A DNA stretch of 64,000 nt from assembly GCA_028289375.1 (NCBI GenBank), contig JANQQK010000038.1, positions 84,110-148,109 of the forward strand, in the 5' to 3' direction. The translations under genes were made by a program, and so were the position numbers. The notes under the pieces were generated by a model. That model saw only the letters and a list, made by a program, of their open reading frames with translations. It searched no databases and was not told where the DNA came from. This document shows positions 56,106 through 64,000 of this stretch, piece by piece. The DNA is from Phycisphaerae bacterium (GTDB taxonomy: Bacteria > Planctomycetota > Phycisphaerae > UBA1845). The number at the start of each line of letters is the position of its first letter. Within the stretch, counting starts at the first letter, position 1.

Positions 56106-56771
56106 ATGCTCGCCATTCGTGATCTGACCAAGGCCTACCCGACCCGCAGCGATGACCTCGTCGTGCTCAAGGACGTGTCACTCAATGTCGATGCGGGGAA
56201 ATCCGTCGCCATCATGGGACCGTCCGGCTGCGGGAAGTCCACATTGCTCAACATCGCCGGTACGCTCGAACCGCCGACAAGTGGCACAGTCACAATCGAT
56301 GGCCGTGATCCGTTCACGCTGGATGCGTCCGCGTTGGCCGCCTTTCGCAATCGGCGCATCGGCTTCGTGTTTCAGGAGCACCACCTGCTGCCGCAATGCT
56401 CGGTGCTCGAAAACGTTCTGGTTCCGACGCTGATCGCTCATGATGGCGACGACGTCGTCGGTCGTGCACGATCGCTGCTCGATCGCGTCGGACTCTCCGA
56501 TCGCCTCGAACATCGACCAGCTGAACTGTCAGGCGGCGAACGACAGCGGGCAGCAATCGCCCGGGCCTTGATTCATCAGCCCAAGCTCATTCTTGCCGAC
56601 GAACCCACCGGCAATCTCGATCGCAAGTCAGCCAACATCGTCGCGGACCTACTCACCCAACTGCATCAAGAGTTCGAATCTGCCCTCGTCGTCGTGACGC
56701 ACAGCAAGTCGCTCGCGGATCGCTTCGATCAGCCATTCGACATACGCGACGGCCAACTGCAAGCGCAATGA
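56106..56771 (+). CDS. ABC transporter ATP-binding protein (LolD/MacB-type)
   Basis: Walker A GPSGCGKST, signature LSGGERQRAAIARA, Walker [12 protein letters not shown]. Confidence 0.9.
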   Translation: MLAIRDLTKAYPTRSDDLVVLKDVSLNVDAGKSVAIMGPSGCGKSTLLNIAGTLEPPTSGTVTIDGRDPFTLDASALAAFRNRRIGFVFQEHHLLPQCSVLENVLVPTLIAHDGDDVVGRARSLLDRVGLSDRLEHRPAELSGGERQRAAIARALIHQPKLILADEPTGNLDRKSANIVADLLTQLHQEFESALVVVTHSKSLADRFDQPFDIRDGQLQAQ

Positions 56772-59700
56772 ATACCCGCCCGTCGACATTCTCGCTCGCC
56801 TTCAACAGCCTGCGGTACTACTGGCGGGCGAACATCGCGGTGGCCATTGGCGTCGCGATCGCCGTGATGGCCTTGACCGGCGCGCTCATCGTCGGCGATT
56901 CGATGCGCTTCAGTCTGCAGAAGAACGCCACGGCACGTCTCGGCTGGGTCGACCATGCACTCATCGCCCAACGCTTCGTCGGAAATGCGCTGACCGATCG
57001 GCTCGGGACGGCTGCCGACCTCGGGAACGATACGAATCGCACAGGCTTACTGATCGCCAGCGGCGGTGCTGTGCATGCCGACACACGTGCCCGATCGGAA
57101 TCGATACAGGTCTTCGGCGTCGACAGATCGTTCTGGTCTGATGGTGAATCAGACTGGCCCGCCGAAATCGACCGCACCGTCGTGCTCAACCAATCCCTTG
57201 CGGGCGACCTCAACGCGTCTGTCGGCGATGATATCCTCATCCGCATCGGCACCGCTGCCGACCTGCCCACCGAGACCCTCATCGGCCGACGCGACGACAG
57301 CACCACCACACTTCGCCTGCCCGTCGGCGACATCATCCCGGACGCGGGCATGGCCACCCTCTCCGTCTTCCCGACGCAACGCGCGCCGCGAAACGCGTTC
57401 ATCCCCATAGTGACGCTGCAAAACGCCGTGGACCAACCGAGCCGCATCAACGCCATCCTCGTCGGCAGCGGGACGTCAGGCGACACACTGACTGCAGCAC
57501 TCGACAACGCCATCACGCTCGACGACATCGGACTCACCCTGCGTGTCGACGAACAACGCGGCTACACCGCCCTCGAAACCAATCGCTTCCTCATCGAACG
57601 CACCATCGAGTCCGCCGCGCACGCCGCCGCACGCGACATCGAGATCACCACGCGGAACGTCCTCTCCTATCTCGCCAACAGCATCGCCATCGGCGACCGC
57701 AGCATTCCCTACTCGATCGTCTCCGCCATCGACTTTCCCATCGCCAACACACAGCCAGACGCCGCCCAGATCATTCTCAACCAATGGGCCGTCGACGACC
57801 TGAAACCAAACGCCGGCGAAACCATCACACTGACCTACTACGTCACCGGCCCCCTTGGCGAACTCAAAACCGAAAAAGTCGATTTCACTTTCGCTCAAGC
57901 AGTGCCACTCGCTGACACCGCCGCCGATCCAGGCCTCACGCCCACCTACCCTGGCGTTACCGACACCACATCCATCGCCGACTGGGATCCGCCCTTCCCG
58001 ATCTCGCTCTCGGACATCCGCCCGAAAGACGACGACTACTGGAAACAGCACAAGACCACCCCCAAGGCCTTTATCGCCTTGCAGGATGGCCAACGCCTAT
58101 GGTCCGAAGACGCCGACCGCTTCGGCCAACTCACCTCGATCCGCATCCCCACAACCGATCCGCCAGTGATCAGTCAATTTGAAACCGCCCTGCTCACGCA
58201 CCTCAATCCTGCAGAACTCGGCCTCGCGTTCCGACCCGTCCGCCAGCAGGCGATCCAATCCGCCACAGGCAGCACCGACTTCGGTCAGCTCTTCATCGGC
58301 TTCAGCTTCTTCGTGATCGCATCCGCCGCCCTGCTCGTCGCCCTGCTCTTTCGACTCGGCGCCGAGCAACGCGCCAAGCAAGTCGGCCTGCTGCTCGCCA
58401 CCGGCTACACGCCGCGTACCGTGCTCAAACTGCTGATTCTTGAATCCGCCCTGATCGCCCTCGTCGGCACCATACCGGGCGTCTCGGCATCACAAGCCTA
58501 CGCATCGCTGATGCTCACAGGCCTGAAGACATGGTGGTCCGCCGCCGCCAACGCACCATTCCTCGAACTCAGCCTCCAGCCAACCAGCCTCGCCATCGGT
58601 GGTGTCGGCGGATTCGTCGTCGCGCTGGTTGCGACGGCGCTCGCCGTCCGCAGCCTGACCCATCTCACACCGCGCGCCCTCATCGCCGGCAAGGTCGACC
58701 CGCCGTCAACCGCTCAACCTTCCACACGGAGAACGCGCCTCGTCGCCTTCATCTGTCTCGGCATCGCCGTCGCGACGCTACCGCTCCCCGCCACCGCACC
58801 CGACATCCCCGCTGCCGGCATCTTCTTCGGCGGCGGATCACTCACGCTCGTCGGCTTGCTGCTGCTCACGGCCGCCCGCCTCCGCCGACCATCAACCCAT
58901 ACGCTATCCCCCACAGCATCGGCCATCCTCGCCCTCGGTTACCGCAACACCACCCGCGCCCCGCGTCGCAGCGTCTCCACCATCGCCCTCATCGCGTCGG
59001 CCACCTTCCTCATCGTCGCGCTGCAAGCATTCCAACTCACCACCGACACCGACCCCACCGATCGCACAGGCCCGACCGGCGGATTCACCCTATTCGCCAA
59101 CACAACCATCCCGATCGCCTACGACCTCAACACCGACGACGGTCGAGATCAACTCGCCTTCACCGTTCCCGAAGCCCCGCAATTGGCCGACACCACGATC
59201 ATCCCCTTCCGCCTACGCGACGGCGAATCCTCCAGTTGCCTGAACCTATACAAACCCACCGAGCCGCGCATCCTCGGCGCGACACGCGACATGATCGGCC
59301 GCGGCGGATTCACCTTCAGCGCCATGATCGACAGCGTCGACAATCCCTGGACCTTGCTCGATCGAACGAGCGACGACACGATCCCCGTCATCGGCGACGA
59401 AGCCGCCGTCAAATGGCAACTTCATTCCGGTCTTGGCCAGGAGATCGAAATCACCAACGAGGCGGGCCAACCCGTCAAACTCCGCTTCGTCGCACTCTTG
59501 AAAGGCAGCGCGTTGCAGGACGAGTTGATCATCAGCGAAGATCACTTCGTCACACTGTTCCCCAACATCGCTGGTTATGGCTTCTTCCTGATCGACGCCC
59601 CACCACACCAGGCGGACGACGTCGCCACGTTCCTGGAAGACCAACTCGCCCCCCACAGCTTCGACGTCGCCGACACCCTCGACCGCATCCGCCAATACCA

Positions 59701-60094
59701 GCAGGTCCAGAACACATACCTATCCACGTTCCAGTCGCTCGGCAGCTTCGGCCTCATCCTTGGCTCGCTGGGTCTCGGGGCTGTCCTCGCCCGCAACATT
59801 GTCGAACGCCGCGCCGAACTCGCTCTGCTGGCAGCCGTCGGGTACACGCGCAAACACCTCGCCACCGCCCTCGCTGCCGAAAACGTGCTGCTTGTCATCG
59901 CCGGCCTTGTCATCGGCATCATCCCCGCCGCATTGGCGGTCGCCCCGCACGTCGTCGACAACCCCGCCGACCTGCCGTGGTCCACGATTCTCGGCACGCT
60001 CATCGCCGTCTTCGTGATCGCCAACGTGGCTGGCCTGTTCGCCCTCGCGACGCTTCTCCGCCAGCCACTCATCCCCAGCCTGCGGAGCGAGTAA
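56768..60094 (+). CDS. Large (1108 aa) ABC transporter permease with duplicated FtsX-type modules
   Basis: The ATG overlaps the ATPase stop (ATGA). There are two blocks of TM helices separated by large extracytoplasmic domains. C-terminal FtsX-like helices. Confidence 0.8.
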   Translation: MNTRPSTFSLAFNSLRYYWRANIAVAIGVAIAVMALTGALIVGDSMRFSLQKNATARLGWVDHALIAQRFVGNALTDRLGTAADLGNDTNRTGLLIASGGAVHADTRARSESIQVFGVDRSFWSDGESDWPAEIDRTVVLNQSLAGDLNASVGDDILIRIGTAADLPTETLIGRRDDSTTTLRLPVGDIIPDAGMATLSVFPTQRAPRNAFIPIVTLQNAVDQPSRINAILVGSGTSGDTLTAALDNAITLDDIGLTLRVDEQRGYTALETNRFLIERTIESAAHAAARDIEITTRNVLSYLANSIAIGDRSIPYSIVSAIDFPIANTQPDAAQIILNQWAVDDLKPNAGETITLTYYVTGPLGELKTEKVDFTFAQAVPLADTAADPGLTPTYPGVTDTTSIADWDPPFPISLSDIRPKDDDYWKQHKTTPKAFIALQDGQRLWSEDADRFGQLTSIRIPTTDPPVISQFETALLTHLNPAELGLAFRPVRQQAIQSATGSTDFGQLFIGFSFFVIASAALLVALLFRLGAEQRAKQVGLLLATGYTPRTVLKLLILESALIALVGTIPGVSASQAYASLMLTGLKTWWSAAANAPFLELSLQPTSLAIGGVGGFVVALVATALAVRSLTHLTPRALIAGKVDPPSTAQPSTRRTRLVAFICLGIAVATLPLPATAPDIPAAGIFFGGGSLTLVGLLLLTAARLRRPSTHTLSPTASAILALGYRNTTRAPRRSVSTIALIASATFLIVALQAFQLTTDTDPTDRTGPTGGFTLFANTTIPIAYDLNTDDGRDQLAFTVPEAPQLADTTIIPFRLRDGESSSCLNLYKPTEPRILGATRDMIGRGGFTFSAMIDSVDNPWTLLDRTSDDTIPVIGDEAAVKWQLHSGLGQEIEITNEAGQPVKLRFVALLKGSALQDELIISEDHFVTLFPNIAGYGFFLIDAPPHQADDVATFLEDQLAPHSFDVADTLDRIRQYQQVQNTYLSTFQSLGSFGLILGSLGLGAVLARNIVERRAELALLAAVGYTRKHLATALAAENVLLVIAGLVIGIIPAALAVAPHVVDNPADLPWSTILGTLIAVFVIANVAGLFALATLLRQPLIPSLRSE

Positions 60095-60178
60095 CCGCCA
60101 CGTCACGATGCGCATTGCCGAGCTAGGGATGGCTTCTACAATTCCCGACAAGACGAAACCCGACACGAGAGGTTCCCC

Positions 60179-61474
60179 ATGCGAACATCCTGCGCACTCG
60201 CGACATTCACCGCTTTTCTTATCGCCATCCCCGTTTCCGCCGACGAGTGGCCTCACTGGCGCGGACCGAAGCGCGACGGCGTCTGGCGCGAAAGCGGCAT
60301 CGTCACGAAGTTCGACAAGCCCGCGCTCACACCCATGTGGACGGCAGACATCGGCGGCGGCTACAGCGGACCAACTGTGGCCGATGGTCGCGTCTTCGTG
60401 ACCGACCGCCTCATCAAACCCAAGCAGGTCGAACGTGTGCACTGTTTTGACGCACACACGGGGAAAAAAATCTGGTCACACACATACGATTGCGCCTACC
60501 GCGGCGTTGGCTACGATGCCGGACCACGCGCATCGGTCACCATCGACGGCGACCGAGCCTACACCCTCGGCGCCATGGGCAACCTCTTCTGTTTCGACGC
60601 CGCCACCGGCAAGGTCCACTGGCAGAAAGACCTGAACACCGAATACAAAATCCGCATGCCCATCTGGGGCATCGCAACCGCCCCGCTCGTCGAAAACGAC
60701 CTTCTCATCGTCCACATCGGCGGCGAGGACAACGCCTCCGTCGTCGCCTTTGACAAGAAGACCGGCCAGGAGAAATGGAAAGCGCTCCCCGACAACGCCT
60801 CGTACGTTGCCCCACGCATCATCGAACAGGCAGGCCAACGCGTACTGCTCGTCTGGACCGGCGAGCGCGTCACCGGGCTCGACCCGAAAACCGGCAAGCT
60901 CCACTGGGCGATTCCCTTCGAGCAGCGCCGCATGGTCATCAACATCGCAGATCCGGTCCGCAGCGGTGACCACCTGTTCATGACAGCCTTCTTCGACGGC
61001 GCGCAACTCATCAAGCTCGACGACAACAAGCTGGCAGCCACCGAGGTCTGGCGGCGCATGGGCGATGACGAGAAAAACACAGAAGCACTCCACTCGATCA
61101 TCGCAACACCGTGGATCAAGGATGGCTATGTTTACGGTGTCGACAGCTACGGCGAACTTCGCTGCCTGGAATTGATGACCGGCAACCGCGTTTGGGAATC
61201 GCTCGACGCCGTCCCCAAGGCCCGCTGGTCCACGATCCACTTCACCGAACATGGTGACAATGTCTGGCTGTTCAACGAACGCGGCGACCTGATCATCAGC
61301 AAACTGTCGCCCTCGGGCTACGAGGAAATCAGCCGCACGCACATCATCGCCCCGACCACCGGACAACTGAACCGTCGCGGCGGGGTCGTCTGGACGCACC
61401 CGGCCTATGCGTACAAGCGCATCTACATCCGCAACGACGAGCAGCTCGTCTGCACCGACCTCAGCGCAAAATAG
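60179..61474 (+). CDS. PQQ-like (BamB-type) beta-propeller repeat protein, secreted
   Basis: Signal peptide ATFTAFLIAIPVSA. WPHWRGPKRDGVW, followed by repeated G.V.A.D..TGK..W motifs. Confidence 0.85.
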   Translation: MRTSCALATFTAFLIAIPVSADEWPHWRGPKRDGVWRESGIVTKFDKPALTPMWTADIGGGYSGPTVADGRVFVTDRLIKPKQVERVHCFDAHTGKKIWSHTYDCAYRGVGYDAGPRASVTIDGDRAYTLGAMGNLFCFDAATGKVHWQKDLNTEYKIRMPIWGIATAPLVENDLLIVHIGGEDNASVVAFDKKTGQEKWKALPDNASYVAPRIIEQAGQRVLLVWTGERVTGLDPKTGKLHWAIPFEQRRMVINIADPVRSGDHLFMTAFFDGAQLIKLDDNKLAATEVWRRMGDDEKNTEALHSIIATPWIKDGYVYGVDSYGELRCLELMTGNRVWESLDAVPKARWSTIHFTEHGDNVWLFNERGDLIISKLSPSGYEEISRTHIIAPTTGQLNRRGGVVWTHPAYAYKRIYIRNDEQLVCTDLSAK

Positions 61475-61506
61475 GACGCAACCGGGTGTAGCACACCGGC
61501 TGCGTC
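61475..61506 (-). terminator. Stem-loop between convergent genes, with a weak T-run on the minus strand
   Basis: GACGCAACCGG-loop-CCGGCTGCGTC (10 of 11 bp paired). On the minus strand it is followed by CTATTTTG. Confidence 0.45.
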
Positions 61507-61531
61507 TGAATTGTCCACTCGCCGTCGGAGA

Positions 61532-62233
61532 CTATTCTTCGTCCGCCGTCAGCGTGGCTGAGCACGATCCGCCCATCGTCGGCTGCACCGCCATCAGCGT
61601 GAGCGTCGAACCATCCTGCAACGTGATCGTGATGTCGTGACCACCGATCCCGAACTGCTCGACATCCGAACCAGTGGCGGTGTCATCATCGACCATCAGT
61701 GAAATCGGACCATTGTCGCCGAACCCCGTCAGCGTGAACGTGCCGTCGTCTCCGCGGAGCAGTGACACCATCTGATCACCATCGTCGCAACTGCCCGCGA
61801 CCGTGTAGTTGCCGACGGACTGTGCGAACTGCGAAGCCGCCGCACATTCACCATCGACACAATCCTCGCCAGGCGGACACACGACCGGCGTATTCGAACA
61901 ACCTGCACCCGTCGCCATCGGATCGCACAGATCGTCCGTGCACGCGTCGCCATCGTCGCAGTCCTCGTCCATGGTGCAATCCACACACTGGCCGGTCGAT
62001 GAATCGCATATCTGTTCGCCACAATCGACCCGTGTATTCGTGCAGTTGGCCACCCCCGCCATCGCCACGCATGTATCGACCGTGCAATTGTCACCGTCAT
62101 TGCAGATGCCTGCGACACCGCACGGATCGTCAACGGGATCCGACGGACAACCCACCGTGAACAGGCATGCGATCACGCCAACCAACGTTCCCGCTCGCCC
62201 AGACGCACTCTTCCTTGTCCAATTCCGTTGCAT
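61532..62233 (-). CDS. Cysteine-rich secreted lipoprotein
   Basis: Lipobox LVGVIACLFTVGC. Repeated C.DG(D)xCT.D.C units (CNDGDNCTVDTC, CDDGDACTDDLC). Start taken at Met34 (MQRNWTRK). Confidence 0.7.
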   Translation of the reverse strand: MQRNWTRKSASGRAGTLVGVIACLFTVGCPSDPVDDPCGVAGICNDGDNCTVDTCVAMAGVANCTNTRVDCGEQICDSSTGQCVDCTMDEDCDDGDACTDDLCDPMATGAGCSNTPVVCPPGEDCVDGECAAASQFAQSVGNYTVAGSCDDGDQMVSLLRGDDGTFTLTGFGDNGPISLMVDDDTATGSDVEQFGIGGHDITITLQDGSTLTLMAVQPTMGGSCSATLTADEE

Positions 62234-62411
62234 GTCCGTGCCTCCGTGAATCATGACGATGTCCCAGCCAAGAACGCCGGCTAAACCGACCGCGAACCCG
62301 CCGACTATGGGAGCCGATTCTGCCGGTGTCAACGAAAACCCCGAACGCGGATATACTCAATCGGGGACGATAGAATCATCAACTGGCAGACAAGGATCGG
62401 GGCTGGAAACG

Positions 62412-63776
62412 ATGACGCAACGCTGGACCATCTTAACCATCATCATCGGAATACCTGTTTCGGCGAGCATCGCCCAGGACTCAACGAACCAGAAGAACGC
62501 ACCCAAGGTCGTCTCTGTTTCGCCGGCCATCGGTGCAGAGGACATCGACCCCACGACGCGCGAAATTCGCGTCACCTTCGACATGCCCATGGATCAGTCG
62601 GGCTTCTCCTTCACGGGCGGCGGTCCGTCGTTCCCCCGTCCCAACGGCAAGGTGAAGTGGCTTGACGCGAAAACCTGCGTGCTGCCCGTCAAGCTCGATC
62701 CCAACAAGCGATACGAATTCGGCATCAACAGCCAATCCCACATGGGATTCCGCAGCTATTGGCACGTCCCCGTCAATCCGGTCCGATGCCATTTCACGAC
62801 CGGCGGCAGCAAGGCCATCAGAATCACGCCCGAAGAGCAACGCCGGAGAAACATCGACGCCTACGATGCCCTCTGCGATGCCATCCGCCGAAAATACTCC
62901 TACGTCGAACTGCGCAACGTCGATTGGGAATCCCACTTTGCCGAACATCGCCCCCGCGTCGTCAAGCAAACCGATACCCCATCGTGGACACAGGCCGTCG
63001 CCGACATGCTCGCCGTCGCCAATGACGTCCACATCACACTCGAATACAACGATCAGACCTACCCCACGTTCATCCGCCGCGTCGATCCCAATCTCTCCGC
63101 CAACGGCATCAAACAAACCGTCAGCAACCTGACCCAGATCAACCCGACCGTCACGACTGGCACCATCGGCGAGGACATCGCCTACATCTTCATCCAATCC
63201 TTCGCCAGCCAAAGATCCAACGATATCGACGCGGTCATTGAGACCATCGAAAACACCGCGGCGACAGCACTCATCCTCGACGTCCGCGCCAACAGCGGCG
63301 GCAGTGAGTCCCTGGCCGCAACGATCGCCGCCCGATTCATCACCGATGACAGGGTCTACGCCAAGCACGTCTTCCGCAGAGGTGCCAATCCGTCGGACTT
63401 CACGCCCATCCGCAACCGCGAGATCAAACCTGCCGGCAAGACCTTCGCGAACCCCGTCGCTGTCCTGATGGGGCCAAAGAACATGAGCAGTTGCGAAGCT
63501 TTTCTGCTGATGATGAAACAGGCGCCCAATGCCACGCTCATAGGCCAGCGAACCTACGGCTCCTCGGGCAATCCCAACGCGGTCTACCTCCCCAACGACG
63601 TCAAGCTCATGCTCCCATCGTGGAAGGCGTTGCGCCCCGACGGGTCCTGTTTCGAAACGGAAGGCATCGCCCCGGATATCGGCGTCTCCGCCGATCCGAC
63701 CGACGCGGACGACGCCATCCTCAATCGCGCCATCGCACACCTTCGCGCAAAAACATCGGGCGACGCCACGCCGTGA
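62412..63776 (+). CDS. S41-family peptidase with an N-terminal Ig-like domain, secreted
   Basis: Signal peptide MTQRWTILTIIIGIPVSASIAQ. The Ig-like segment starts VVSVSPAIGAEDIDP. S41 core: LILDVRANSGGSE and VLMGPKNMSSCEAFLLMMK. Confidence 0.8.
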   Translation: MTQRWTILTIIIGIPVSASIAQDSTNQKNAPKVVSVSPAIGAEDIDPTTREIRVTFDMPMDQSGFSFTGGGPSFPRPNGKVKWLDAKTCVLPVKLDPNKRYEFGINSQSHMGFRSYWHVPVNPVRCHFTTGGSKAIRITPEEQRRRNIDAYDALCDAIRRKYSYVELRNVDWESHFAEHRPRVVKQTDTPSWTQAVADMLAVANDVHITLEYNDQTYPTFIRRVDPNLSANGIKQTVSNLTQINPTVTTGTIGEDIAYIFIQSFASQRSNDIDAVIETIENTAATALILDVRANSGGSESLAATIAARFITDDRVYAKHVFRRGANPSDFTPIRNREIKPAGKTFANPVAVLMGPKNMSSCEAFLLMMKQAPNATLIGQRTYGSSGNPNAVYLPNDVKLMLPSWKALRPDGSCFETEGIAPDIGVSADPTDADDAILNRAIAHLRAKTSGDATP

Positions 63777-63820
63777 CATCGCCCGATGGGTGCAATCAAA
63801 ACAAGTCGCTGTTTGCGACG

Positions 63821-64000
63821 CTACGGTCGCTGTGAATCGAGGGTGGCTCCGCTCCATGCCTGTGTCGCGTTACCCACGCCGTTGATCAACTGGCGATACA
63901 GGAACAGGTCCGTCGGCATGATGGCTCCGTCGCGATCCATGTCGAGGTAATCCTCCAACGCGCCGGCAGGCGGCGAGGCGACACCGGTCGCGTACTGTCG
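63821..64000 (-). CDS. 3' end of a protein with a dockerin/EF-hand-like C-terminus (5' end lies outside the window)
   Basis: My own minus-strand translation from the window edge: RQYATGVASPPAGALEDYLDMDRDGAIMPTDLFLYRQLINGVGNATQAWSGATLDSQRP*. DMDRDGAIMPTDLF is a Ca-loop-like motif. It is absent from the ORF track because no start codon falls inside the window. Confidence 0.55.
   Translation of the reverse strand, partial: RQYATGVASPPAGALEDYLDMDRDGAIMPTDLFLYRQLINGVGNATQAWSGATLDSQRP

Noticed and set aside
58531-60126. 531-aa alternative-frame ORF inside the 1108-aa FtsX permease gene
   Set aside because: It is an Arg/Pro/His-rich nonsense composition in the +1 frame of a gene whose own frame encodes coherent TM helices.

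Overview
This is a high-GC, gene-dense chromosomal window. I support about 49 protein-coding genes, and found no rRNA, tRNA, CRISPR array, transposase or integrase by eye. The protein repertoire suggests a Planctomycetota/Phycisphaerae-like organism, but that is inference only. The clues are giant secreted FG-GAP and beta-helix proteins with dockerin/EF-hand-like tails, thrombospondin-type-3-like repeats, small membrane proteins ending in CxxC...CPxC zinc ribbons, and ABC/FtsX/PQQ-propeller triads.

Most of the window is housekeeping:
- Acyl-CoA metabolism: enoyl-CoA hydratase and HMG-CoA lyase.
- Envelope glycan and LPS genes: a CapD/PglF-type dehydratase, an HldE-like fusion and LptF/LptG-type permeases.
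- Central metabolism: icd, the aceB-aceA glyoxylate shunt operon and ald.
- uvrA.
- Two split ABC efflux-type systems.
- Peptidases of families M1, M20 and S41.
- An HDOD-GGDEF diguanylate cyclase.

The regions most worth a second look are:
1. 28.6-34.7 kb: a visibly AT-richer island with a C-methyltransferase-like enzyme, two CgeB-like glycosyltransferases (one fused to a Maf-like N-terminus, one apparently starting at CTG) and a radical SAM/SPASM enzyme.
2. 10.2-15.8 kb: a five-gene, translationally coupled run in which the LptF/LptG-type permease genes continue into an FAD oxidoreductase, a radical SAM/SPASM enzyme and a metallophosphoesterase.
3. 8.4-10.0 kb: a reversed-domain-order HldE-like fusion.
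4. 0.5-2.1 kb: an AT-richer islet of orphan genes with a 34-nt palindromic element present twice.
5. 25.5-25.9 kb: a long non-coding stretch with a terminator well downstream of the stop codon and a possible small ORF.

Nothing here carries the hallmarks of a known defence or mobile system. All functional calls come from motif recognition by eye, with no searches run. GC statements are visual impressions, not computed values.
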